A stretch of 64,000 nucleotides of DNA from NCBI RefSeq assembly GCF_036507355.1, contig NZ_AP027877.1. One strand, given 5' to 3'. A program made the position numbers and the translations under genes. Of this stretch, positions 21,773 to 30,383 are shown piece after piece; the stretch's first letter is position 1, and every line of letters begins with the position of its first letter. The notes beneath the pieces were generated by a model. It searched no databases. It saw only the letters and a program-made list of their open reading frames with translations, and had not been told where the DNA came from. This DNA is from Escherichia coli. GTDB lineage: Bacteria; Pseudomonadota; Gammaproteobacteria; Enterobacterales; Enterobacteriaceae.

Positions 21773-22243
21773 ATGCTAAGTAACGATATTCTGCGCAGCG
21801 TGCGCTACATTTTGAAAGCCAATAATAATGACCTGGTGCGTATTCTGGCGCTGGGTAATGTCGAAGCCACCGCGGAACAGATCGCCGTCTGGCTACGTAA
21901 AGAAGACGAAGAGGGTTTTCAACGTTGTCCGGACATTGTTTTGTCGTCATTCCTCAATGGCCTGATTTATGAAAAACGCGGCAAGGATGAGTCTGCTCCG
22001 GCACTGGAGCCGGAACGTCGCATTAATAACAACATCGTGCTGAAAAAATTACGCATCGCGTTTTCGCTGAAAACCGATGACATTCTGGCAATCCTCACCG
22101 AACAGCAGTTCCGCGTTTCGATGCCGGAAATTACAGCGATGATGCGTGCACCGGATCATAAAAACTTCCGCGAATGCGGCGATCAATTTTTACGTTATTT
22201 TCTGCGTGGACTGGCAGCGCGCCAGCATGTGAAGAAAAGCTAA
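21773..22243 (+). CDS. yehS: DUF1456 protein
   Basis: N-terminus MLSNDILRSVRYILKANNND, 156 aa. Confidence 0.75.
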   Translation: MLSNDILRSVRYILKANNNDLVRILALGNVEATAEQIAVWLRKEDEEGFQRCPDIVLSSFLNGLIYEKRGKDESAPALEPERRINNNIVLKKLRIAFSLKTDDILAILTEQQFRVSMPEITAMMRAPDHKNFRECGDQFLRYFLRGLAARQHVKKS

Positions 22244-22253
22244 GACGGGTATG

Positions 22254-22278
22254 GCGGCCATGCGAAACATGGCCGCCG
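22254..22278. terminator. bidirectional hairpin between convergent yehS and yehR
   Basis: GGCGGCCATG-CGAAA-CATGGCCGCC perfect palindrome. Confidence 0.5.
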
Positions 22279-22283
22279 ACAGA

Positions 22284-22745
22284 TTATTTCACTTCTTTAA
22301 AACCAGCGGCTTTCATCACCAGTTCCATTTGCGCCATAGTGATACCTTTTTTTGCATCTTCAGCAGAAACGTTGATTCCTGAAATACCCTGCAGGGCTTT
22401 AAAATCCACTTTTTCCATATCGATAGTCACGTTTTCCTGCGCGTAGGTATCGGTATAGGTTAATTTTTCTTCAACACCCGGGATGTTTTTGTATTTGGCG
22501 CTTAACGGCTCAAGTGTCTTGGCAGCATCTTCTTTGGTGGTTGCACCAATGGAGGCAAATTGAATTTTGGTTTCAGAAGATTGCTTAAGCACCTTGTCAC
22601 CTTTGTAGACATAGGTAATGGCAATTTCAGTGCCGTTCAGATTGGCGCTGAATTTCTTCGATTCTTCTTTGTCACCGCAGCCAGCAAGAGAGAAAACCAG
22701 AACAGATGCAACAACAAGGGAAAACAGCTTATTGAAAGCCTTCAT
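22284..22745 (-). CDS. yehR: DUF1307 lipoprotein
   Basis: MKAFNKLFSLVVASVLVFSLAGC lipobox, 153 aa. Confidence 0.8.
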   Translation of the reverse strand: MKAFNKLFSLVVASVLVFSLAGCGDKEESKKFSANLNGTEIAITYVYKGDKVLKQSSETKIQFASIGATTKEDAAKTLEPLSAKYKNIPGVEEKLTYTDTYAQENVTIDMEKVDFKALQGISGINVSAEDAKKGITMAQMELVMKAAGFKEVK

Positions 22746-22869
22746 GTAAAACTCCATTTTATTTAATCAAGGAACTGGTGACTCTCACCAGGGGCTATAT
22801 AGGATATGCCTAATACCGTGGCGTGAGCAGTCCGGAACTGGAGTAGAACTCTTAGTAAAAAGCACTATT

Positions 22870-24870
22870 TCATCCTTGTTGCTGAAGCATGGGGAATAAT
22901 TGTTCGCAAAGCAAAACACCGTTATTCATTGCTTCTACCCGTGCCCCGCTTTCTGTATTACGAAATTGTCCCAACACATGTGCCAGCCGATAAAAACCCA
23001 CCGCGGTGAGGTCATTCGCCAGCAATTCTGCCTGACTAATAGCGCTCTGTTCCTGATAGCGCCAGCCGTTATGGAGCAGCTGAATAAGTAACGCCTGGCA
23101 GCGTATCAGCAACTGATGAGCAGTAGACTGCACAGGCAAAACGCTGGCAGAAGGTAGCGGTGCCACAGGCGTAGTTTCTGCGTCCAGCGCCCAGGCACGA
23201 GTCTTTGTCATCATTACCTGTGGTTCCAGTGTCAATTGCCCATCAACAAAACTGACAAAGCCAGAAACCAGACACACGGGGTCGTCTGTTTGTTGCAAAA
23301 GCGCCGCCATGCGTTCAACGGCATAAGGCGCGCTGGCTGAGGCTGGCAGTGATAACGTCAGCAGATTATCTTCACCTTCGCCGCTGATTACCTGCGCATC
23401 CAGCGTCTGGCGGCTGCTATCCCAACCGAGCGAAATACACTCAGCGACCGGCAGAATAAATAAGTTATCGACCTGATTAAGAGGCCGTATGCAGGCGGGG
23501 GGACGCTGGCGTAAATATTCCCGCAAAGCCACAATGCCCGGCTGGCGTAACGGCGCGCTCAACATTCGCCAGGCATCAGGCGACAGCGGCACAACGCTGC
23601 TTAAGCGGTTGCGGGTAGCTAACAGCAGCTCGCCATCGGCACTGCGTTTTGCTGCTTGTGAAACAATTTGCCCACCCGCCAGTGCGCCAGCCTGAAAACT
23701 AAACAGCCGACGCGTAGCTGCCGGTGAGTTTTCCTGTTCACTTCGCGGCCAACTGCGCGAAAGGTGCAAAATACTGCCGGTGTCGGGATCGGTAAACCAG
23801 ATGCGTAAACCATAATGCTCAATATCCTGCCAGCAACGCATACCTAAAGACACCAGCCGCAGATGATCAAGCTTTGCTTCTCCGGCAATGCCAGAGCCAA
23901 CGACCGTGCGCCACGGCACAGGAGGAACTTCACCAACACTGTCGCGCCGGGCCATCTCTTGTGCGCAATTTAATCGACTGTTTAATGCCGCAAGCTGACG
24001 TAAGCATTCTCCGGCATGATAGTGGCTGGCGCGAGTGTGGAAGGCATCAACGCTTGCCCGTAGCTGTCGTAGTGATTCACTCACCCATCGCCAGTTGCAG
24101 CGTTCCGCTGCTTGCTGCGCGCGGCTGAAAGCGGCCTCGTAGTGAATAAGCGGCTGGCTGATGCCGCCAAACCATAATGCCTGGCTTAATTGCTGAACAT
24201 ATTGACGACACGTTTGGCCTTCTTCGCTGGCAAACGGGTCGTCAGATGATGTGACGTGTTCGCTGCGCATCTGCCAGATTAAATGAGTAAATTCCGCTTG
24301 CTGAGTTTTGGCCTCGACGAAGGCCTGCACAGCCAGTACGACATGTTCGCAAAGTGTGCCTTCAATACAATCACAACGGGCGAAACGAATGCTGCTACGG
24401 GAATAAAAACGCACATCGCTCATCGGTAAGCGGGCAGAGGGAATTTCGCCCGGCGTACAGAACAACTCAATGGTGATGCCTTTAGCGACCAGCGCCTGCG
24501 CGCGTTTGCGGGTGGCATCGGGCAGGGTAGCCAGTTCTTCCAGCCAGATTGCCGGATCCCACTCTTCTTCTTTTTCTGTGGGCTGGACGGTGGCACAAAG
24601 TCGTTGATAACTTAACACCAGCATCACGCGATGACGGCACATGCCGCTGGCCCCGCAGCTGCACTGAGCCTCTTTCAGTGCCTGGCCGTTCGCCAGCTGG
24701 GTACGGACACCGTCACTGAAGGTGGCGATTAAAGCGCCGTTCTCATGGCTGATCTCCGGGACGTTGCCATTTTCCAGTTCCTTAAGACTGCGCTTAACAA
24801 AACCGGCATTGCTTAACGCTGTCAGGGCCTGCGGTGTCAGTTCTAATAATTCCGGACGTAGTGAATTCAT
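22870..24870 (-). CDS. yehQ: SWIM zinc-finger protein, last gene of the yehLMPQ operon
   Basis: Two CxC..CxH SWIM-like motifs (CSCGASGMCRHRVM and CDCIEGTLCEHVV); start overlaps the yehP stop. Confidence 0.75.
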   Translation of the reverse strand: MNSLRPELLELTPQALTALSNAGFVKRSLKELENGNVPEISHENGALIATFSDGVRTQLANGQALKEAQCSCGASGMCRHRVMLVLSYQRLCATVQPTEKEEEWDPAIWLEELATLPDATRKRAQALVAKGITIELFCTPGEIPSARLPMSDVRFYSRSSIRFARCDCIEGTLCEHVVLAVQAFVEAKTQQAEFTHLIWQMRSEHVTSSDDPFASEEGQTCRQYVQQLSQALWFGGISQPLIHYEAAFSRAQQAAERCNWRWVSESLRQLRASVDAFHTRASHYHAGECLRQLAALNSRLNCAQEMARRDSVGEVPPVPWRTVVGSGIAGEAKLDHLRLVSLGMRCWQDIEHYGLRIWFTDPDTGSILHLSRSWPRSEQENSPAATRRLFSFQAGALAGGQIVSQAAKRSADGELLLATRNRLSSVVPLSPDAWRMLSAPLRQPGIVALREYLRQRPPACIRPLNQVDNLFILPVAECISLGWDSSRQTLDAQVISGEGEDNLLTLSLPASASAPYAVERMAALLQQTDDPVCLVSGFVSFVDGQLTLEPQVMMTKTRAWALDAETTPVAPLPSASVLPVQSTAHQLLIRCQALLIQLLHNGWRYQEQSAISQAELLANDLTAVGFYRLAHVLGQFRNTESGARVEAMNNGVLLCEQLFPMLQQQG

Positions 24871-26003
24871 GACTGAAGATTCTCCGCAAGCCATGATGCC
24901 AGCTCGCCCGGTGTCATGGCGGCTATTTGTGCGCCGACATTTACCAGCGCCTGGGCCGTATCGTGGTCATAGCAAGGTGTTGCGGTGCTATCGAGCGCCG
25001 CCAGTCCCAGCACTTTGATGCCGCTCTGGACACACTTTTTCACCTGATGCGTCAGTAATGATGATGAACCCCCTTCGTAAAAATCGCTCACGAGGATAAT
25101 GACGCTTTTCGCTGGTTGTTCAATAAGTTGCCGACCATACTCCACGGCACTGGCGATATTGGTTCCGCCGCCTAATTGCACTTTCATTAATAACTCTACC
25201 GAATCGGCAACGTCTGCCGTGAGATCAACCACACTGGTGTCAAAAGCGACCAGATGGGTACGAATGCCGGGTAACTGCCATAAACAGGCCGCCATCACCG
25301 CAGAGTGGATCACCGAATCGACCATCGAGCCGCTTTGATCAACCAGTAAGACCAGTTGCCATTGTTCGCTTTGGCGTTTAATGCGGCTGTTAAAGCGGGG
25401 GGATTCGATATACAACTTGCCGTGTTGTGGGTGCCAGTGTTGCAGGTTGGCGCGCAGAGTACTTTTGAAATCAAAGTTTCGCGCCAGTGGAATAAATGAG
25501 CGGCGACGGCGATCGCGGACACCAGAAAAAGCCTGACGAACTTCCTTTGCCAGTCGAGCCATAATTTCTTCAACAACCTGGCGCACTATCCGGCGGGCGG
25601 CAGCCAGTACTTCGGGATTCATCAGATGTTTGGTGTGCAAAACGGCGCGTAGCAGGCTTTCAGACGGTTGCATACGTTCCAGCACGTCGAGATTCGTCAC
25701 CACATCTTCAATGCCATAGCGCAGTACGGCATCGCTTTCCAGCCGCTCAATCACCTGTTGCGGAAACAGCGTGTGAATACTGTTGATCCACTCAGGGGTG
25801 GTGAGATTTGAGCCACCTAATCCACCAGAGCGTTCACCACGCTGGAGCCGTTCAGGATCGCGCCCATACAGCCACTCCAGCGCGTGGTCTATCTGCCGGG
25901 CGTTGTCATCCAGCCCACAAAGCGTCGTTTCTGCCGCTTCGCCAAGAATTAATCGCCAGCGTTGTAGCTCACGGGTGGTCAGAAGATCGTTCAGTTCAGA
26001 CAT
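24867..26003 (-). CDS. yehP: von Willebrand factor A (VWA) domain protein
   Basis: N-terminus MSELNDLLTTRELQRWRLILG; MIDAS motif DQSGSM within a VWA fold; 378 aa; start overlaps the yehM stop. Confidence 0.8.
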   Translation of the reverse strand: MSELNDLLTTRELQRWRLILGEAAETTLCGLDDNARQIDHALEWLYGRDPERLQRGERSGGLGGSNLTTPEWINSIHTLFPQQVIERLESDAVLRYGIEDVVTNLDVLERMQPSESLLRAVLHTKHLMNPEVLAAARRIVRQVVEEIMARLAKEVRQAFSGVRDRRRRSFIPLARNFDFKSTLRANLQHWHPQHGKLYIESPRFNSRIKRQSEQWQLVLLVDQSGSMVDSVIHSAVMAACLWQLPGIRTHLVAFDTSVVDLTADVADSVELLMKVQLGGGTNIASAVEYGRQLIEQPAKSVIILVSDFYEGGSSSLLTHQVKKCVQSGIKVLGLAALDSTATPCYDHDTAQALVNVGAQIAAMTPGELASWLAENLQS

Positions 26004-28275
26004 GGAAAACTCCCCAGTTTTGCAGCGATGCCAGTGCCTGCTGTTCGAGTTGTTGATGATGTGCAATGGCTTGTGGTGGGCAATGCAACGGCATTTGCAG
26101 CGCCGAAACGGGAAGTTGCGCCAGTTGATAATGTTCAAGCACCTGATGCGCCAGCGTCCCGCGTTCTCGTGGTGGTAGCCAGGCCATCGCCGCGCGTAAA
26201 TCGGGCAGGGCATTGATAAAATCGGCATCACTTAGTTGATTTAAATGACTGCTGAAACCGGCGATAAATGCCGGCTGACAGGCCAGTTGATGGCGGGCCA
26301 GCGCCAGCAAACCGTGCAGCGCTTCGCTGGATTGTGCCGGGGATAACTGCGCCAGCATCGTCAGCGCCGCTTCGGCACTAGCGTTGGGATGTTCCAGACG
26401 CATCAGTGCGCCAAGAGCCGCGCCGCGATCCAGCGCCGGGGCATGATTCGCATGACTGCGGCGCTCCAGTAAGGCTACCGCCGCAGAAAGCGAAACGCCG
26501 GATAAATTAACGCCGCTATGTAGATCGCGCAGAATATGGCAAAGCGCTTGCCAGCTATGCAGGTGAGCGTGAAACTCCTTTTCATCCGGTCTGCCGTTAG
26601 ATTCACACAGCCACAGCGTGCGATCGATAGCCGCGCATAACGTCGTCTGTAATATCTGCGCGCCTTGCATACCGCTGATTTCATCCAGCCGCCATAAGGC
26701 ATATAGCACTTCCAGCGCCTGGCCCATTTCGGCAAATTGATTTTCCTGGGCTATTAATAATGTGAGTTGTTCCAGTAATTGTTGACTGAAGGACGCCAGA
26801 CCCGCTAACGCTGCCTGGCTAAGACATGTGGTGATACTGCCGATTCCACCCGCGTCCAGCATATCGGCTTCTAATTTATGGCGTGCGGCTTCCTGGAGTG
26901 TGGCACCAAAGCAGGCGGCCTCAATCAATGCCGCATGCTGGCTAAGCGGGCGGGTTAATTTCCAGCGTTCTTCACCATTGCCTGCAAGTGTCAGTGTACT
27001 TCCCTGCTGGCGTACAATCCCTGGGATCTCCAGTATTGCCAGCCGATGTAACACCTGACTTTGCGCTAGTCCATTGGGGTTAAAGCGATTTAAGGTAAGC
27101 TCCGCCGGAAGAGAGATTGTGGTACGTTCCAGTTCGCAGGTGACATCTTTTGGCAGAGGCGGTTGTGGCGTGGAGGGGGCAAGTTTACCGAATCCGTCAC
27201 CCGCTAATGTGTCTATCAACGTTAGCAGAATCGGATCGGTGTCGGGATGAATAACTCCGCGATAACTCCACGGCAACGGCGCATTCAGGGCTTCTTTAAT
27301 CAGCGAGCCTGCTATGGCATCCAGCCAGTCAGTGCGTAACGGTAGTTTATGTCCGCGCAACTGTGCCAGCGCCATCGCATGCAGATGAGCGGCAGCCATA
27401 TCCGCGGTCGAAGCAGGCAAGTGGTGTTGGCGCAAACGGGTAAGAACCGTTTTTAGCAGTTGTTCTCCCGCCTGCTGTAAGCCCCACTGCCAGCACCAGC
27501 TTTGCCAGACCGGGGCAGGCATTCCGGAAAGGTATCCTGCCAGCACATCAAGGCGCTTTTCACTGTAGGGTGTGAGATAACAACCTGTAACGGCATCTGC
27601 CAGCGACGGCAATTCTGGCGTGTTAATTTCCTGCGGACATTCGCGCCACATTTTTGCCAGTGCCGGAGCGTGCCAGCCACCGCAGACAACTAACACGTCG
27701 CCATTATTTTGCTGCATCGCCCATCCAATCCAGCGGGCCATAAAGGCTTCGCGCTGACGATTGAGTGCATCTCCGGGGGAGTCGCCCCGCAGTTGGGCAA
27801 AATAGTGCGCCAGCGCAGAGGGTAATGCAGTTTGCTGGCTTTCATCTTCGAACAAGTGATCCCACAGGGTATCGCTGTTATCCATGCGGGTGGCACGCAG
27901 CAGTAAGGCCTGGCTTTCATCTTGCGTATCAGGCGAATCGTCCTCTTCTTCACTCTGTGCCCAGCAAGGCAAATCGATGAAGTAAGTTTGTGCCTGAATA
28001 CGACGTGCGGCTTGTAGCGCCTGCCACTCCGGCGAAAATTCAGCAAATGGCGTCCAGGCACCGCGCCCGGGGGCCGTACCGTCCTGATACTGGCAATAAC
28101 TGTAAATAGCTACCGGAAGCTGGTGGGCTAAAAACAGTTCGTCTACCAGGTCATTAAAATCAGCCGGGCCTTCAATCAACACGTATCGTGGCCGCTGGCT
28201 TTCGATTAACGATTTCACCAGCCGGGCGCAGGCCGGGCTATGATGCCGGATGCCGACAATTAACGGCTCGCTCAT
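25996..28275 (-). CDS. yehM: large uncharacterised protein YehM
   Basis: N-terminus MSEPLIVGIRHHSPACARLV, 759 aa, 10 nt downstream of the yehL stop. Confidence 0.8.
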   Translation of the reverse strand: MSEPLIVGIRHHSPACARLVKSLIESQRPRYVLIEGPADFNDLVDELFLAHQLPVAIYSYCQYQDGTAPGRGAWTPFAEFSPEWQALQAARRIQAQTYFIDLPCWAQSEEEDDSPDTQDESQALLLRATRMDNSDTLWDHLFEDESQQTALPSALAHYFAQLRGDSPGDALNRQREAFMARWIGWAMQQNNGDVLVVCGGWHAPALAKMWRECPQEINTPELPSLADAVTGCYLTPYSEKRLDVLAGYLSGMPAPVWQSWCWQWGLQQAGEQLLKTVLTRLRQHHLPASTADMAAAHLHAMALAQLRGHKLPLRTDWLDAIAGSLIKEALNAPLPWSYRGVIHPDTDPILLTLIDTLAGDGFGKLAPSTPQPPLPKDVTCELERTTISLPAELTLNRFNPNGLAQSQVLHRLAILEIPGIVRQQGSTLTLAGNGEERWKLTRPLSQHAALIEAACFGATLQEAARHKLEADMLDAGGIGSITTCLSQAALAGLASFSQQLLEQLTLLIAQENQFAEMGQALEVLYALWRLDEISGMQGAQILQTTLCAAIDRTLWLCESNGRPDEKEFHAHLHSWQALCHILRDLHSGVNLSGVSLSAAVALLERRSHANHAPALDRGAALGALMRLEHPNASAEAALTMLAQLSPAQSSEALHGLLALARHQLACQPAFIAGFSSHLNQLSDADFINALPDLRAAMAWLPPRERGTLAHQVLEHYQLAQLPVSALQMPLHCPPQAIAHHQQLEQQALASLQNWGVFHV

Positions 28276-28285
28276 GCATCTTTCC

Positions 28286-29374
28286 TCACGGCAGGCGGTG
28301 ACGGGCTTGATAATAAGCCTGCCAGTGAGCTTCTTTATGTGTGGCGACACGCTGTTCGAAGTAACGGCGCAGACGAGCGCGATCTTCTTCGTTATCTTTG
28401 ACGATGGTTCCGGCAATACAGTCCACCAGGTCGGCAGGCTCCCCCGCACGATTCGCTAAAAACCAGGCGCGGACGCCCACAGCGTGAGCCACATTCACGG
28501 CTTCAGCGGTGGACATAATTGCCGTCAGTGTATCCATTGACGTTTTCTTTTCGCCGTTGGCACGCAGATCGCGGAAGGTGCGGACCAGTAACTCCAGTAC
28601 CGCGTCAGGCACTTTATGCGGAATACCGCTATGGGCCAGCAAACGCGCCGAAGCACTGGCGACAAGCTCCAGCTCCTGGGCGAAATCCATAATCGGAAAG
28701 ACAGTTTCAAAATCGAAGCGACGCTTTAGCGCAGCACTCATTTCATTGACGCCGCGATCGCGGGTATTGTCAGTGGCAATAATATTAAAGCCTTCTCGCG
28801 CATAGAGCTGACTGGCTTCACCAGTGAGTTCCGGCACCGTCATCACCCTGTCAGAAAGCATACCTAACAGACAGTCTTGCACTTCCAGCGGTGTACGCGT
28901 TATCTCTTCAAAACGGACGATTTTGCCGTCGCGCATTCCCTGGTAAAGCGGGGCTGGGACCAGCGCTTCCGTTGATGGACCATGATTGATAAGCAGGGCG
29001 TAGTTCCAGCCGTACTTGATTTGATCTTCGGTAGTAGATGCGCCGTCCTGGATGGTTAACCCGGCATCGCCGCTAATAGCGGTTGCCAGTAATTCAGACA
29101 GGAGAGATTTTGCGGTGCCAGATTCCCCCACCAACATCAAACCGCGTCCGGTGGCAAGAGTGACTAACATACGTTCGACAGCGGAGGGACTAATCACCAC
29201 TTTACGGCTAATATTTTGCGCGCTATCGCCAAGGATAAAAGCACGGGCCGCAGGCAAACTTAACTGCCAACCGGGCGGGCAAGGTGCGTTATCATTTTGT
29301 TTTAATTTTGCCAGTTCATCGGCGTATAACACAGCAGCAGGCGGACGCTGCAGATGATTATTCTGCGGTGACAT
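28286..29374 (-). CDS. yehL: MoxR-type AAA+ ATPase
   Basis: N-terminus MSPQNNHLQRPPAAVLY; Walker A LVGESGTAKS; Walker B-like acidic motif; 362 aa. Confidence 0.8.
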   Translation of the reverse strand: MSPQNNHLQRPPAAVLYADELAKLKQNDNAPCPPGWQLSLPAARAFILGDSAQNISRKVVISPSAVERMLVTLATGRGLMLVGESGTAKSLLSELLATAISGDAGLTIQDGASTTEDQIKYGWNYALLINHGPSTEALVPAPLYQGMRDGKIVRFEEITRTPLEVQDCLLGMLSDRVMTVPELTGEASQLYAREGFNIIATDNTRDRGVNEMSAALKRRFDFETVFPIMDFAQELELVASASARLLAHSGIPHKVPDAVLELLVRTFRDLRANGEKKTSMDTLTAIMSTAEAVNVAHAVGVRAWFLANRAGEPADLVDCIAGTIVKDNEEDRARLRRYFEQRVATHKEAHWQAYYQARHRLP

Positions 29375-29482
29375 ATATTCATCCCTGAAATGTATTAATG
29401 AAATAAACGATATTTTACGTGCAATAAATGTTTGGCGCATTAGTTGTTTGAGCGAAAAATATCTGGAAAGCAGATCACAGTA

Positions 29483-29568
29483 AATAAAAAAACCTGCTGG
29501 TGAGGCAGGTTCTTTTATTTACTATTTTCAGGCCTAACACCACAGCCTGTGCAACATCGTGTTCCAAC
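29483..29568 (-). ncRNA. predicted antisense sRNA antitoxin (OrzO-like), roughly 85 nt
   Basis: Minus-strand -10 TATAAT (plus 29575-29580) placing the start near 29568; minus-strand intrinsic terminator (hairpin 29491-29511 plus U-run 29481-29490); its 5' end is complementary to the toxin leader at 29716-29734 (19 nt, 1 mismatch). Confidence 0.5.
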
Positions 29569-29597
29569 GAACGAATTATAACCACGGCTGGACCCCG

Positions 29598-29625
29598 TTG
29601 CAATTAAGATAATGAGATTTATAAT
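29598..29625 (+). promoter_or_regulatory. sigma70-like promoter of the toxin mRNA (TTGCAA-16 bp-TATAAT)
   Basis: -35 TTGCAA at 29598-29603 and perfect -10 TATAAT at 29620-29625; predicted start near 29632 gives a leader of about 175 nt before the ATG at 29807. Confidence 0.5.
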
Positions 29626-29806
29626 CCAGACCGTTGGGACGTTGCGCCGGATCGGACCAATTTTAAGTCCTGGCTACCGGACGGGTGGTGCTGCAGGTGG
29701 TGCCCTGATCCGGAGTGCAACATCGTGGTCCAACATACGTAAACCAGTATCGACAGGCAGTGTAAGGGTAAGGTGCTGGTGTTGCGCTCCTTAATAAGGA
29801 GAGCGG

Positions 29807-29896
29807 ATGGACACGCTGACACAAAAGTTAACCGTGCTCATTGCTGTACTGGAGCTATTAGTAGCTCTGTTACGGTTGATTGATTTGTTGAAGTAA
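29807..29896 (+). CDS. 29-aa hydrophobic type I toxin, ZorO-like
   Basis: Hand translation MDTLTQKLTVLIAVLELLVALLRLIDLLK; strong RBS AAGGAG 7 nt upstream; single predicted transmembrane helix; long structured leader; too short for the ORF track. Confidence 0.6.
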   Translation: MDTLTQKLTVLIAVLELLVALLRLIDLLK

Positions 29897-30005
29897 CGGG
29901 CAAATTGAAACGCATCTAAGGGGGAAAACCGCTTCCCCCTTTAATAAAGCTATACTCGTCATATTTCAAGTTGCATGTGCTGCGACTTGAATTATCTAGA
30001 GTATA

Positions 30006-30323
30006 TTATTCTATTTCTTGGTTGAATATATTCTGTAGTTCACGATTAAAAATTGCTATTACAGTTTCAGGTGATTCACCTCGTAATTTCCGCTCATCAA
30101 TACACTCATCTCTTATATAAATCAACGCATCATTTATTAGCGGGTCAGCATCTTCTCGATCACGTTGATGAAATGTTGGATGTAGCCGGAATCGCTCCAG
30201 TCGATAGACGGAACCTGTAAATAATTCAGAGCATTTATGGATCTCAAGTCTGAAGGAAAACGGATCTTCAGGTACAGGGACCTCATAATCGTAAATAGCA
30301 ACTAGCTCTTTTTGCACGATCAT
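30006..30323 (-). CDS. yehK: uncharacterised protein YehK
   Basis: 105-aa ORF immediately upstream of yehI on the same strand. Confidence 0.7.
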   Translation of the reverse strand: MIVQKELVAIYDYEVPVPEDPFSFRLEIHKCSELFTGSVYRLERFRLHPTFHQRDREDADPLINDALIYIRDECIDERKLRGESPETVIAIFNRELQNIFNQEIE

Positions 30324-30383
30324 CGCTTTCCCCGCTGGTAAGTCGTGTAGATAACGGGCAGTCGCATCACTGCCCGCTGTGTT

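Noticed and set aside
29549-29734. The 19-bp direct repeat near the toxin locus as a transposon or integration-site duplication
   Set aside because: Copies are 167 bp apart, flank promoter and terminator signals on opposite strands, and fit an antisense RNA pairing model better than a target-site duplication.
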